A stretch of 64,000 nt of DNA. Origin: a virus. The notes beneath the pieces were generated by a model. It was not told the origin of the DNA and did no database searches. It worked only from the letters and a program-made list of their open reading frames with translations. This document shows, one piece after another, positions 28,238 to 38,532 of the stretch; position 1 is the first letter of the stretch; each line of letters opens with the position of its first letter. The DNA is taken from the IMG/VR virus record IMGVR_UViG_3300032895_000002, positions 3,750-67,749 of that record; one strand, written 5' to 3'. A program made the translations under genes and the position numbers.

Positions 28238-28548
28238 GGCGCGCGGCGTTCATGGCGACGCCGCTGGTCGCGACCGCGTTCGCCGCAACCTGGCTCGCCG
28301 CGGCCTTCCCGGCGGCGGCGGCGCATTGTCCGCACGGCCAGCTGTACCGCGTCCATCTGCGCCGGTGCGTCGCCCTGGGCTCGCCCTTGGCTTTGGCTTA
28401 CGAACGGCCCCCGCGTCCGGTCCTGCTAAGGCTGCTGCCCCCCGCCCCGCCGGCTCGCCCGGCGCCGGCGGCCGAGCCGGCGCTGATCCTGCCGGCGCTC
28501 GACCGTGAATGGCGGGAGGCCTGGCCGCTGGTCGAGTGGCCGAAATGA
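28234..28548 (+). CDS. Putative exported small protein
   Basis: Signal-peptide-like N-terminus, Cys pair, Pro-rich tail. Confidence 0.45.
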   Translation: MRRAAFMATPLVATAFAATWLAAAFPAAAAHCPHGQLYRVHLRRCVALGSPLALAYERPPRPVLLRLLPPAPPARPAPAAEPALILPALDREWREAWPLVEWPK

Positions 28549-28728
28549 CGGCTGGCCTCCAAAAGCCTCACAGCGGCCCGCTGACGGGCCTCGGGCTCGC
28601 GAGGCTGTGGCACAGCGGCCGAACGCCCGGCGCGGCTCTCCGCTTAGCCCTGCGTCAGGACGACGGCGTTTGGCCGGCCGGCGCCGGAGCGCGGGACAGC
28701 CTGCCCTATCTCTGGTAAAGATTGGCCG

Positions 28729-29016
28729 ATGATCGACCTTAGCCGCCTTACCTTCAAATTCGCGAAGACGATGCCGGAGATTCCGCATTTCTACGTCGTG
28801 CGGACGCCGGAAAACGAGGCCGACTTCGTTGAGCTGTTCCACACCATCAGGCGCGACGGCGTAGACGAGAAATGGGGCCGGCGGACTTTCCGCTATTGGT
28901 ACGCCGGCGACAGCTGGAAATACTGGGCCATGCCCGACGATCTGCCGCGCTGCCAGGTCATCAATCGGGCCAAGGTTGACGATGACCCAAAACTACTTGA
29001 CGAAATCCGTCTTTGA
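28729..29016 (+). CDS. Conserved hypothetical protein
   Basis: FAKTMPEIPH.Y...KYWAM...INRA. Confidence 0.7.
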   Translation: MIDLSRLTFKFAKTMPEIPHFYVVRTPENEADFVELFHTIRRDGVDEKWGRRTFRYWYAGDSWKYWAMPDDLPRCQVINRAKVDDDPKLLDEIRL

Positions 29017-30121
29017 GGCGGCGCAAGAGCGCATCGGCTTCGTCTACGACCATTGCGACGACGTGATCGTGTCGATGAGCGGCGGCAAGGATTCGACCGT
29101 CCTCTTCGAGCTGACGCGAGTGATCGCCGCCGAGCGCGGGCGCCTGCCGCTCAAGGTGTTCTGGCTCGATCAAGAGGCGGAATGGAAGGCGACCGAGCTT
29201 TACATGGCCGCGGTCATGCGCGCTCCCGACGTGCGGCCGTTCTGGTTCCAAATCCCCTTCCGGCTGTCGAATAGCCTGTCGTTCGCCGACAACTTCCTCA
29301 ATTGCTGGGCTGAGGCCGATCGGGCGAAGTGGATTCGCGAGCAAGACCCGCTCTCGATCAAGGTTAACCCGCTCCCGGCCTATGACCGGTTTCATGACCT
29401 GGTGGAGCGCCTGCCGTCACAATGCGATTGTGTTGGCAAGCAACACGTCGGCGTGCTGGTCGGAATGCGAGCGATGGAGAGCTCTAACCGGCGCTTGCAG
29501 ACCACCGAGCATGCGCCGCATTTCAAGGGGATCACCTGGTGTCGGAAGCCGATCGCCAATACGCGGGTGTTCTGGCCGCTCTACGACTGGCTGGATCGCG
29601 ACGTGTGGACGGCGATCGCCAATCACGACTGGCCCTACAACCGGATTTATGACGCCTTCTACAAATACGGCAAGGTTGGCCGAGAGATGCGGGTCTCGGC
29701 GCTCATTCATGAAACCGCCTGGCATTCGATCGAGCAGCTGCAGGAGGCGGAGCCGGAGATGTACAACCGCTATCTGACGCGGGTGGAAGGGGTGAACTGC
29801 TTTAACCACTTCGAGCGCCAGATCATGCCGGACAAGCTGCCGGCCCACTTCGCCGACTGGCGCGAATATCGCGACTATCTGTTGGAGAACCTGACCGAGC
29901 CGCAGCACCGCGAGCGCTTCCGCCGGCGATGGGCGAATCAGAACGAGGAGCGCTGGCATAAGGTCCACGTGCGCGAGATCATGGTCAACGATCTCGACGG
30001 CACGCTCAACGGCAACGCCCGGACCCGCTTCAAGATGGAGGAGCGGCGCCGGCCCGGCGGGCTCTATGAGCAGCGCAAACAGGCGCGCCGGCTCGCCAGG
30101 ATCGCCGCCGGAGACGAGTAA
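28982..30121 (+). CDS. ibrA: IbrA-like PAPS-reductase/PP-loop family protein
   Basis: VFEAAQERI, SMSGGKDS, LDQEAE, GMRAMES..R, WPLYDW...DVW, MRVS. Confidence 0.88.
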   Translation: MTQNYLTKSVFEAAQERIGFVYDHCDDVIVSMSGGKDSTVLFELTRVIAAERGRLPLKVFWLDQEAEWKATELYMAAVMRAPDVRPFWFQIPFRLSNSLSFADNFLNCWAEADRAKWIREQDPLSIKVNPLPAYDRFHDLVERLPSQCDCVGKQHVGVLVGMRAMESSNRRLQTTEHAPHFKGITWCRKPIANTRVFWPLYDWLDRDVWTAIANHDWPYNRIYDAFYKYGKVGREMRVSALIHETAWHSIEQLQEAEPEMYNRYLTRVEGVNCFNHFERQIMPDKLPAHFADWREYRDYLLENLTEPQHRERFRRRWANQNEERWHKVHVREIMVNDLDGTLNGNARTRFKMEERRRPGGLYEQRKQARRLARIAAGDE

Positions 30122-30129
30122 CGCCCCAA

Positions 30130-30744
30130 ATGACAAGTAATGCGCTGGCTAAATATCTCGCGCCGCCGCCCCCGGAGGTCGCCGCCATCAATCCGATCGC
30201 CCGTGTTCTTTGGGTGCCGATCGAAAAGGTGTTCGCCAACGACTACAATCCGAACAGCGTCGCGCTGATGGAGATGCGGCTGCTCTACGTCTCGATCAAG
30301 CACGACGGCTACACGCAGCCGGCCGTCACCATCTATGACGCCAAGCGCGACCGCTTTGTGATCGTCGATGGCTTCCATCGCTACTCGATCATGAAGCGCT
30401 ATCCGGACATGCTCGCCAGGAACCACGGCTTGTTGCCGATCGTGGTCATCGACAAGGGCGTGAATGACCGGATGGCGAGCACGATCCGCCACAACCGGGC
30501 GCGCGGCAAACATTCGATCGACGGGATGAGCGCGCTGGTGGTCGAGATGCTGGCGAACGGGTGGAGCGACCGGCGGGTGTGCGAGGAATTGGGGCTCGAG
30601 AAGCAAGAGCTGATCCGCCTCAAGCATATCACCGGCTACGCCAAGTTTTTCGCCGGCGGCGACTATTCGCCGGCGATGGAGACCAACCGGCAGATCGAGG
30701 AACGGCTCAAATACGAGGGAGAGGCGGCGGAGGGCGAGGAGTAG
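30130..30744 (+). CDS. ibrB: IbrB-like ParB-N protein
   Basis: ANDYNPN, DGYTQP, IVDGFHR, STIRHNRARGKH. Confidence 0.9.
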   Translation: MTSNALAKYLAPPPPEVAAINPIARVLWVPIEKVFANDYNPNSVALMEMRLLYVSIKHDGYTQPAVTIYDAKRDRFVIVDGFHRYSIMKRYPDMLARNHGLLPIVVIDKGVNDRMASTIRHNRARGKHSIDGMSALVVEMLANGWSDRRVCEELGLEKQELIRLKHITGYAKFFAGGDYSPAMETNRQIEERLKYEGEAAEGEE

Positions 30745-30749
30745 CGGCG

Positions 30750-31292
30750 ATGGATTGGAAGAAGGGCGCCGCGCTCAGCGGCGATCAGACCGGCCATCCG
30801 ATCTTGTGGCACGCGACGCTCGCCGAGCTTGGCTATGGCGAGGTCGTCGCCCTGCCGGAACTCGGCCGGCAATGGTTCGTCGATTTTTGGGGTGACGACA
30901 AGGCGTCGATCCGCCTGAAAACCTTCGGCCACAAGGCGGGCAAGGAAGGCACCAGCCCGCATTTCCTGTGTACGCGCGGCGGCTATCCTATGCACACTGA
31001 TCCCGGCGCCACCCGCTACGCGCTGCAAATCCAGCTTCACAATGACGGCTTCATCGTCCACGGCCTTGAGGACGACCTGGCGGCGATGCCGCTGTTCTCG
31101 CCCGGCTTGGTGATCGTCCTCGACACCTGGTCGCCGCACCAGGTCGCGCGCGATCTCCGCCTTCCTCAGACCGGCCCCAACAAGCTCTTGGTCGGCTTCG
31201 ACCGCGCCGAGTATCCGAACGTCGAGGCCGAGCTGCCGAAGCTCATCGAGCATATTCCGATGCTCGCCTATCAGATCGGGCGGGCCGCGTGA
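30750..31292 (+). CDS. Putative 2OG-Fe(II)/cupin-fold protein
   Basis: PMHTD...LDTWSPHQV (HxD...H pattern). Confidence 0.5.
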   Translation: MDWKKGAALSGDQTGHPILWHATLAELGYGEVVALPELGRQWFVDFWGDDKASIRLKTFGHKAGKEGTSPHFLCTRGGYPMHTDPGATRYALQIQLHNDGFIVHGLEDDLAAMPLFSPGLVIVLDTWSPHQVARDLRLPQTGPNKLLVGFDRAEYPNVEAELPKLIEHIPMLAYQIGRAA

Positions 31293-31903
31293 TGGTTGAG
31301 ATCATCAACGAGCTGGTGCTGGTCGAGACGCGGCGGATCAAGCCCTACCACCGCAACCCGCGCAAGAATGACGCGACGGTCGAGAAGCTGGTCGAGCTGA
31401 TCCCCAAAGTCGGCTTCAACGTGCCGCTGGTGCTCGACCGCAACAACGTCATCGTCAAAGGCCACACCCGCTGGAAAGCGGCGGTGCGGCTCAAGATGGC
31501 GCAGATTCCATGCGTCTACACCGACGCCGACGAGGAGACGATCAAGCTCGATCGCCTCGCCGACAACAGGGTGCAGGAGTTCTCGACCTGGGATCAGGAA
31601 TTGCTTGGGGGCGAACTGGCGTCGCTCAATCTCGACTACGCCTTCGATCTCGGCACGCTCGATTTCGTGCTGGCGGACAATCGCCGCAGGCCGCCGGGCG
31701 TGACGGGCGAGCCGGCCGCGCCGGGCGCCGAGGCGCCGGGCGAAAGCGGATTGGCGGCGGGCGAGCGCGAGGACGACAGGCCGTTCATCAGCGAGGATGA
31801 CGTGCGGGCTACCGCCTCGTTGCCGATCAACGAATATACCGAGGTCACGTGCAATAAATGCGGTAATCGCATGTACGTCCGCAAGGGTAGCCAAGCCGCA
31901 TAA
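31289..31903 (+). CDS. ParB-N domain protein with C-terminal CxxC
   Basis: IKPYHRNPRKN, IVKGHTRWKAA, RLADN; VTCNKCG. Confidence 0.85.
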   Translation: MMVEIINELVLVETRRIKPYHRNPRKNDATVEKLVELIPKVGFNVPLVLDRNNVIVKGHTRWKAAVRLKMAQIPCVYTDADEETIKLDRLADNRVQEFSTWDQELLGGELASLNLDYAFDLGTLDFVLADNRRRPPGVTGEPAAPGAEAPGESGLAAGEREDDRPFISEDDVRATASLPINEYTEVTCNKCGNRMYVRKGSQAA

Positions 31904-31939
31904 AAAAATCGCCGCCGGCGAGCGAAGCCAGCGGCGATT
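31902..31939 (-). terminator. Intrinsic terminator of the late operon
   Basis: AATCGCCGC...GCGGCGATT stem, U7 on minus strand, at the convergence point. Confidence 0.7.
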
Positions 31940-32007
31940 CCGATCCTTCAGAGAACCAATGCCCGCTCGGTTTCTATCCGAACCCCTTCACGCGGGCAAG
32001 GCGAGCA

Positions 32008-32523
32008 TCATGTCCCAGGGGGCCGGGTCTGCGGCGGCCGTCCGGCGATCCCGCCGGCCGGGAGCTTGTCCTTCACCTTCTGAAACGCTTCCTTCGCCGC
32101 CTCATGATCGATCACGACCCAGACCAGCTTGGAGACATGCCGGCTGACGAACACATACGCCAGGGCGAGGGACTTGCCTGAGAAATCAGGCAGCTCCGGA
32201 CGGACCGGCGGCCAAATACCTTCTTCACCGCCGGCGCCGGGAGGAATCGGGACCATCGGGAATTCCGGGGTGGGGGGAATTGGCAACCCGACGCCTGGCT
32301 CAAGCCATGGCGGCAGCGGCGGCCATTCATCGCGCGGCGGCAGATGCGGCGGCAACCCGTGGCCTGGACGGCCTCCTGGCCCCCAGATGCCTTCGTCCCC
32401 TGGAACCCAAGGATGTTCCGGCGTTCCGGGCAGGCCTGTTTCAGGCCTCCATTCCGGCAAGTCGGGCCTTTCGAGCGCGCGCACCGAAATCGGCGCGTCG
32501 GAGCTGACGACATATTTTGGCAT
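32008..32523 (-). CDS. Pro/Gly/Trp-rich protein
   Basis: AAGGAGG RBS; repeated EGIW.P. Confidence 0.65.
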   Translation of the reverse strand: MPKYVVSSDAPISVRALERPDLPEWRPETGLPGTPEHPWVPGDEGIWGPGGRPGHGLPPHLPPRDEWPPLPPWLEPGVGLPIPPTPEFPMVPIPPGAGGEEGIWPPVRPELPDFSGKSLALAYVFVSRHVSKLVWVVIDHEAAKEAFQKVKDKLPAGGIAGRPPQTRPPGT

Positions 32524-32584
32524 GTTTTCCTCCTTGGGTTGGTGGACGCGCAACCCATACGCGATTCCCGTGACAGGTTGACGT

Positions 32585-32932
32585 TTAATCTTTCGCGCCG
32601 TTCTCCGGCGGCGCCGCATGACCGTTCGCGCCGTTGATCGTGCGGCCGAGCCAATGCGCGCACACCGCGCCGAAACCGGCGGTGAGGCCGCCGACAACGG
32701 CCGGGGTCACTTCGTCGGTCGGGATGGTGAAGATCAGGCAATAGGCGACCGTGCCGGCGAATGAAATCACGATGAGGATCGAGAGGGTGAGGACGCCCTT
32801 GGATTGATCGAAGCGGCTGGCGACGATGACCAGGATCGCGGTGAACAGCACGGCGAAGCCGACGCCGGTCGCCACCGGGAACGGCGCGAGCGAGGTCTGC
32901 GGCGGCGGATTGACGACCTGGCCGGCGTCCAT
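32585..32932 (-). CDS. Putative holin (3 TM)
   Basis: Three hydrophobic helices next to the endolysin. Confidence 0.6.
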   Translation of the reverse strand: MDAGQVVNPPPQTSLAPFPVATGVGFAVLFTAILVIVASRFDQSKGVLTLSILIVISFAGTVAYCLIFTIPTDEVTPAVVGGLTAGFGAVCAHWLGRTINGANGHAAPPENGAKD

Positions 32933-32935
32933 GGC

Positions 32936-33523
32936 TCACCCCTTCGCTTTCCACTTGAGATAGGCCGCGTGCATCTTCTGGTCGTACTTGTTGGCGGCGT
33001 AGCCGGGGCCGTTGTAGCCGCGGGCGAAGGCCGCCCAATTCTTGCTGCGGAGCGCGCCGTCCAGCTTGTTGGTTTTGATGAAGCTGACGAAGGCGTCGAG
33101 ATGCGCGCTCGCGCCCGAATTCATCGCGTCGACAAAGCCTTTGATGGTGTCGTGGCCGGCCGCCTTGTGGTTCGTCCCGAGGATCTGGAACGTGCCCCAG
33201 CTCGCCGCCTTGTGCGCCGCGTCCCAATCGAGCTTGGCGGCGTCTTCGATGCGCTCGTGCTGGTGCGCGCCGGTCGCGCCATAGAGCGAGCGGTCCCATT
33301 TGGCCGAGCTCAGCTTCGCGCCGCGGCGGTCCTTGGCGGCGGCGTGCTTGCCCTTGGTCTGCGCATGGAAAACGTGGGCCTCGTAAAGCACCGCCGGGCG
33401 GCCATCCGGCAAAAAGCCTTGTCCCGCCGCCTCCACTTCGGCGACCGCGCGGATGGCGGCGATCTCAACGTTCAGCTCCTTCGCGGCGCGCGCGAAGTCG
33501 GCGTCAGTCAACGTGGCGCTCAT
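32936..33523 (-). CDS. Endolysin, N-acetylmuramidase (DUF3380-like)
   Basis: AVAEVE, LYEAHVF, SWGTFQILG, WAAFARGYNGP.Y..N.YD. Confidence 0.9.
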   Translation of the reverse strand: MSATLTDADFARAAKELNVEIAAIRAVAEVEAAGQGFLPDGRPAVLYEAHVFHAQTKGKHAAAKDRRGAKLSSAKWDRSLYGATGAHQHERIEDAAKLDWDAAHKAASWGTFQILGTNHKAAGHDTIKGFVDAMNSGASAHLDAFVSFIKTNKLDGALRSKNWAAFARGYNGPGYAANKYDQKMHAAYLKWKAKG

Positions 33524-33621
33524 GGCGAATTTCCTCGGGGAAGGGGTTCCCGGCCGGACAGGCGGGTGGGAGGAGAGCGGCCCGCCGGCCGGGAGAGAAC
33601 GGCCTGCGGAGGGCCGTTCGT

Positions 33622-33813
33622 TCAGTGAGCGCCGGCTTTAGCCGCCGGCGTTGGCTTCGGCGTCGGGGTTCCCGGACCTGCGTTGGGCTGATTGCCCTCC
33701 TCGAGCCAAGCCAGATAGTCGCGATAATCCGTGTTGTCGGGGTCGGCCGGGATGAACGCGCCGTCTTCGTCGCGGATGATAGTCTGCGGGTCGGGCGTCA
33801 GTGAATAAGCCAT
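33622..33813 (-). CDS. Small tail-fibre-associated protein
   Basis: FIPADPDNTDY..YLAWL..GN.P. Confidence 0.7.
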   Translation of the reverse strand: MAYSLTPDPQTIIRDEDGAFIPADPDNTDYRDYLAWLEEGNQPNAGPGTPTPKPTPAAKAGAH

Positions 33814-33818
33814 CGCGA

Positions 33819-35459
33819 TCACATCTCGGCGTTGAGCCCGTAAGTCCAACCGAGCGCAAAACAGTCGCCGGCGCCCGTTGATTGAATGGAAAAGCGTGCG
33901 CCATGGATAGCAATAGTGAGAATCGCCGGGAATCCAGCGGCGAGAAGGTTGCTGCTGCCGGCGGCGATGAGCGCGAAGGTCGGCGCCACGCGCATGGTCG
34001 GATAATTTAAGGAGGACTCGCTGGTCTGATTGGCGGCAAAAGCGGGAAACCGGTGAGTAGCGGCTATCGTCTGATAGTACCGCTGACAATCGAGCAGGCT
34101 TTGGCCGTATGACCTGAAATCGAACGGCGACGCCTCGGTCGCCAGTTCAAGCTGGACCTCGCTCAGCCGAAGCTCCGCGCCGGCGATCGAGATCAGCGAC
34201 GCTGCGCCGGCGACGCCGATCAGATTACCGTTGTTCCAGCCGACCGGCCCCCTAACCGATGCGCCGGCGCCGAGATCAAAGTTTAGAATCGCGCCGGCGT
34301 CGATGACCGAGGGCGGGAACCAGGCTCCAGTCACGTCGCCAGGAATAGGAATTTCGATTCGATGAAATTCGTTCGGCGTCGGCACGTCGAAAGTAAACAG
34401 AAACGAACGGGTTCCCGCTCCATTCCTCAGCGCGCCCGAATAAGCGCCAGCGACGCTCGCAAGGGCCAAGAATGACAAGGTGAGCGGACGCGCGTTAGCG
34501 GTGCCCCATTGCCAATCAAGCATGCTGATCGCTTCGATGCGATGCAACAGCGAGTAGCCTTCGCCCGGCGCGGCCACGTTGGCGCCGGCTGAAGTAAGGG
34601 TCATGCCAGCGACGGCGGGCGTCGCGCCGGCGTTCCAATAGCTGAGCGTGGTGAATCGGTTCGGCTGGGGCGAGCCCACGGCCCAACGATCGGCGACGAA
34701 TTGCTGATTGGTCGGCGCGACGACCGTTCGGCCGTGATATTGGTTAACCTGAAAATCGCCGTTCATGATGCGGTTGCGTCCGCCGAACGGCCCCGCCGGG
34801 CCTCGCGGCCCCGCCGGCCCGATCAAGCCTTGCAGCCCTTGCTCGCCTCGCTCGCCTTGCGGCCCAGGCGCGCCGGGTACGCCTTGGATTCCGGGCGGGC
34901 CTTGCGGCCCTGCCGGCCCTTCCGGGCCGACTTCACCTTGCGGCCCCTGCGGCCCTTGAGGATCGCCGGGTTCGCCCTTCTCGCCTTGCGGGCCTTGCGG
35001 GCCTTCCGGCCCCTCGGGGCCCATCGGCCCGGGCGGTCCAGGGTCGCCGCGATCGCCCTTGTCGCCGTCGGCCGGGCCGCGCGGACCTTCTGGCCCCGGC
35101 GGCCCCATCGGCCCTTGGACGCCGGGCACGCCGGCGACGGTGAGCGACCAATTGCTATACAGACCGGCGCCGCCGATCAGATCGGCGAGGATCACGAGCT
35201 CGTTGGTGGTCGGGTCGTAGCTGACGACATTGCCTTCAAACCCGACGTTCGGCTGATCGAGGACGGCGGCGCGCAGCCGCATCCCAGGCATGAAGCCGAG
35301 ATTGAATTGCTCCATGACGAAGGTGCGCTCGCCGAGCGCGATCTCGACCTCGCTCAACGATGTGCCGGCGATGATCGGCCCATGCGGCGCATAGGGCGCG
35401 GCGAACACCGCCGCGCCTGGCGGACTGAGCGCGCCGGGGATGACCTGCTTGATGGTCAC
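33819..35459 (-). CDS. Collagen-containing tail fibre
   Basis: Gly-X-Y tract; RNRIMNGDF...DRW...VQLE...CQRYY; GTGA-coupled start. Confidence 0.8.
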   Translation of the reverse strand: MTIKQVIPGALSPPGAAVFAAPYAPHGPIIAGTSLSEVEIALGERTFVMEQFNLGFMPGMRLRAAVLDQPNVGFEGNVVSYDPTTNELVILADLIGGAGLYSNWSLTVAGVPGVQGPMGPPGPEGPRGPADGDKGDRGDPGPPGPMGPEGPEGPQGPQGEKGEPGDPQGPQGPQGEVGPEGPAGPQGPPGIQGVPGAPGPQGERGEQGLQGLIGPAGPRGPAGPFGGRNRIMNGDFQVNQYHGRTVVAPTNQQFVADRWAVGSPQPNRFTTLSYWNAGATPAVAGMTLTSAGANVAAPGEGYSLLHRIEAISMLDWQWGTANARPLTLSFLALASVAGAYSGALRNGAGTRSFLFTFDVPTPNEFHRIEIPIPGDVTGAWFPPSVIDAGAILNFDLGAGASVRGPVGWNNGNLIGVAGAASLISIAGAELRLSEVQLELATEASPFDFRSYGQSLLDCQRYYQTIAATHRFPAFAANQTSESSLNYPTMRVAPTFALIAAGSSNLLAAGFPAILTIAIHGARFSIQSTGAGDCFALGWTYGLNAEM

Positions 35460-35839
35460 CGAGTGATCCCTTCGAGAACAGTCAAGTCGATGGTCAAGGC
35501 GACGCGCTCGAAATTGGCGTCGCGAGCGAGGATGTCGCCGACATAGCGGCCGGCCCAAATGCCGCGCATGACCTGTTCACGGACGAAGAAAATCAAATGT
35601 CCGACGTTGGGCGGCGCGCCGATCGACAGGCCGCCGTCGCGGGTCGAGGCCGCCAGCACGATCTCATGCACTTCCGGCTGGCGGCGGATGTGCATCTCGA
35701 AATCGAGGCCGCGCAGGTCAAGCTGCTCAGGCGGATCGGTGTCGCTGACCACATAGACCAGCGAATCGATCCAATCTTCGTTGTTCGCGACCTCGATCAC
35801 GAGATGCGCCAGCGGCAGGGCGAGGACGTTGGTCAGCAT
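35456..35839 (-). CDS. Fibre-associated (BppU-like) protein
   Basis: LDL.G..F.M.IR...G.YV.D...V..GITR. Confidence 0.6.
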   Translation of the reverse strand: MLTNVLALPLAHLVIEVANNEDWIDSLVYVVSDTDPPEQLDLRGLDFEMHIRRQPEVHEIVLAASTRDGGLSIGAPPNVGHLIFFVREQVMRGIWAGRYVGDILARDANFERVALTIDLTVLEGITR

Positions 35840-36069
35840 CAGCCCTTGAAGCCCTGCGGCGCGTTAGCCGCCAGCCATTGCGCGTCGAGCGATACGGTCG
35901 GCGGCGAGCCGGGATTCATTTTCGCGGCGAGCTTCGACGGCGGAACGTCTTTGATCACGACCATGCCCGGACTGTATGCGGAGAGATCAATCGAGACGTT
36001 GTCCTCATAGGTGGCGACCGCGTGAACGCTGGTCGATCCGATCTCAGATTGTCGAATAATGACTTGCAT
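35839..36069 (-). CDS. Small hypothetical protein
   Basis: Coupled ORF in the fibre region. Confidence 0.5.
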   Translation of the reverse strand: MQVIIRQSEIGSTSVHAVATYEDNVSIDLSAYSPGMVVIKDVPPSKLAAKMNPGSPPTVSLDAQWLAANAPQGFKG

Positions 36070-37822
36070 GGGGAACTCCGGGCGGCAGCGACGGCATCGG
36101 CGATCCGATCGGCGGCCCTGGATCGGTCGCGGTGACAGCGGCGATGAGCGAGTTGAGATTGTCGATGGTGTTGAACGGCGGATTCGTCGGCCCGATGTTC
36201 GCGGGGATGACGGCGATCATATTCGACCCAAAATGGGCGGTCATATCGAAGCCTCCGCCGTTGCTGGTGGAGCGGCACCAATACATCTGGACGCCGGTGT
36301 TATTCTGCGAACCCCAGCCGGCGGCGCCATTAGCCTCCGCCGTCGAATGATCGGCCCACACCGACGAGAACTCGGCGAAATAGCCGCTCGACGAATTGCC
36401 GAACGCGCCGCAGCGCCGATACCACCCCGAAGCGCCGGCGTCCTGGAATCCGGTTAGCGTGTTGGCGCAGGCGTAGCACCATTCGCAATAGAGCCCGCCG
36501 GAATTTGAGAAGCCCATCTGCGAGCCCCAGACCGCGACGTTGCGCGCCATCAGCGCCCCGCCGCGCCCGCACGCGACGCCGTTCTGATCCCAGCCGCTCG
36601 GCACGTCATTTGGTCGTCGCTCGCCGACGATCAGCAAATCCGCGACCAATGGCTGGCCCGCGCCGAGATTGGCGACGCCGTTCCATCGCTGCCCGGCTTG
36701 AAATTCCAGGCCCGGCGGCCGGTCCGGCATGGTGATTTCGGTGCCGTAGCGGGTGCGCAGCATATCGAGATTGGATCGTGCGTCCTGATCACGTTGCTCC
36801 GGAGAGCTGCCGCTGATCGCGAAGTCGCCGCGCAAAGGCGCGGAGCTTCGCATCGTGCCGCGGACGCACAGCCGGTCGCCGCTCGGATGCGAGATATTGA
36901 GCGGCCCGGCAAAGACGCCGATGGCGAGCTGCAACGTGACGTAGCCTTCGGCGCCGATGGTCTTGCGCCGGATCGCCTGCATCGCGTTGTCGAAGCTCGT
37001 GAACTGCTGCCCCGGCCCGACCGTATAAGTCACCGAGGCGTTGATCTCGGCGTTTGGCGGGAAGCGCAGGGCGGCGCCGTCATAGAAGAACTGAACCACG
37101 TCGCCGGCGGCGATGTCGCCTTGCAACATGATGCCGCCGCCGTTCGGCAAGAGATTGATCGGCTGAAGGTCGTCGATCTCCATCCGGGTCGCGCCCGGCG
37201 CGGTGTTGGCGACTCGCACGGCGACGATGTTGCCGGCGACAAGCGACGTGATCGGCGGGGTGAACTTGGCGATGATCCGCCCCGGTTCGGTGGACAGGTC
37301 CTCGGTGTAAGGGACGTTGACGCCGATAAAGACGTTATCGCCGCCGGCGCCGCCGCCGAAATTCGACAGCTGAAACACTGCGCCGTCGAACACCAGGGTC
37401 GCGATGCAGCCAGCCGGCAGCTCGCCGTCGCCGACCTCAGCGCCGTTCATCTTGCGGATCGATCGAGCGCCCGCCCCGGCGTTAATGCTGCATCGGTCGT
37501 TGTTGGTCTGCCGCACCCGGACGCGGAGGGTGAGGCCTTGGGTGTACTCGGTCAGCGGCGGGTCAAAGGCGACGACGAGATTGTTCTGGCTCCCGGTGTC
37601 GATCGCGTAATTGATCCGCTGCGAGCGCGTCGCCTCGGCGAGCTGCTGCAAGTTGGTCTCGGACGGGGTGAAGCCGCTCTTTTCGATCAGCGCGACGATC
37701 TCGCGCTGCGGATGCTCCATCATCGCCGCCGGCGGAATGCTCCCCTGCCGGCCGATGGTCGGATCGCCGTTGACGTACGGCGCGTTCGGGTCGGTGGTGC
37801 CCCAGGGCGGAACGTATCTCAT
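36044..37822 (-). CDS. Tail fibre/spike with C-terminal beta-helix-like repeats
   Basis: Follows the baseplate genes; PQREI N-terminus; AxxN...GF repeats. Confidence 0.75.
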   Translation of the reverse strand: MRYVPPWGTTDPNAPYVNGDPTIGRQGSIPPAAMMEHPQREIVALIEKSGFTPSETNLQQLAEATRSQRINYAIDTGSQNNLVVAFDPPLTEYTQGLTLRVRVRQTNNDRCSINAGAGARSIRKMNGAEVGDGELPAGCIATLVFDGAVFQLSNFGGGAGGDNVFIGVNVPYTEDLSTEPGRIIAKFTPPITSLVAGNIVAVRVANTAPGATRMEIDDLQPINLLPNGGGIMLQGDIAAGDVVQFFYDGAALRFPPNAEINASVTYTVGPGQQFTSFDNAMQAIRRKTIGAEGYVTLQLAIGVFAGPLNISHPSGDRLCVRGTMRSSAPLRGDFAISGSSPEQRDQDARSNLDMLRTRYGTEITMPDRPPGLEFQAGQRWNGVANLGAGQPLVADLLIVGERRPNDVPSGWDQNGVACGRGGALMARNVAVWGSQMGFSNSGGLYCEWCYACANTLTGFQDAGASGWYRRCGAFGNSSSGYFAEFSSVWADHSTAEANGAAGWGSQNNTGVQMYWCRSTSNGGGFDMTAHFGSNMIAVIPANIGPTNPPFNTIDNLNSLIAAVTATDPGPPIGSPMPSLPPGVPHASHYSTI

Positions 37823-38532
37823 GGCGTGCCCTCCATGGGGTCTCCAAAGCCGAGCGACGAATAGTCAAAGACGAGCCAGGTGTGCGCTGGCTTCCAGCGC
37901 ATCAACAGGCATTGGACGGCCAGCGGCGAGCGGAACTCAAGGTGATGGTCGACGCCGGCCTGGCCGGCCGAGGCGCGGAACCAGGTCAGGCCTTGATTGC
38001 CGACTTGAGCTGTCCACACGAAGCGATTTTCCGGCGCCCCCACGTACCAGCGAAACCTCTCATCTGGGCTCGGCCGGGTGTCGCCGGCCCGCGAGACGCC
38101 GGCCATGAACGGCGCCCATTCGTGGATGACGACGCGGAAACCCAGCCAGGCCATCAGGTCGATGAAGTATGGCCGCGATTGTCCGCCTTGCCAGGTGATC
38201 TTGGTGACCAGCATGCGCTGGCGCTCGCCGATCGTCGTCGCCTCGGGGAAGCACTCGTCGGGCAGGCCGAAAGCGCGCTCCCATTCCGGCAGAAGCTCGA
38301 CGGTCTTCGACGGGTCGCTTTCGCGCTCAAGGAGATCAGCGGCGCGGCTGTCGACATGGCCCCAATAGCGCGCCAGGCCGGCGCACACCCGAATCAGCAG
38401 CCGGCGGCGGTCGCGTTTCCACACCTGACCGCGCGGCAAGAGCGAAAGGAAGGCCGCCACGTAATCGTCGGCCGACCGCCGCACGAATCGATCGAGCGGA
38501 ACCGGCAGGAGGCCGGCGGGCTTAGTCGCCAT
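37819..38532 (-). CDS. Baseplate wedge, Mu gp48/YmfQ-like
   Basis: LLPRG.VW, LLPEWERAFGLPD.C, KPAHT. Confidence 0.85.
   Translation of the reverse strand: MATKPAGLLPVPLDRFVRRSADDYVAAFLSLLPRGQVWKRDRRRLLIRVCAGLARYWGHVDSRAADLLERESDPSKTVELLPEWERAFGLPDECFPEATTIGERQRMLVTKITWQGGQSRPYFIDLMAWLGFRVVIHEWAPFMAGVSRAGDTRPSPDERFRWYVGAPENRFVWTAQVGNQGLTWFRASAGQAGVDHHLEFRSPLAVQCLLMRWKPAHTWLVFDYSSLGFGDPMEGTP

Noticed and set aside
33819-37822. DGR or invertible tail-fibre system
   Set aside because: No reverse transcriptase, TR/VR pair or invertase seen
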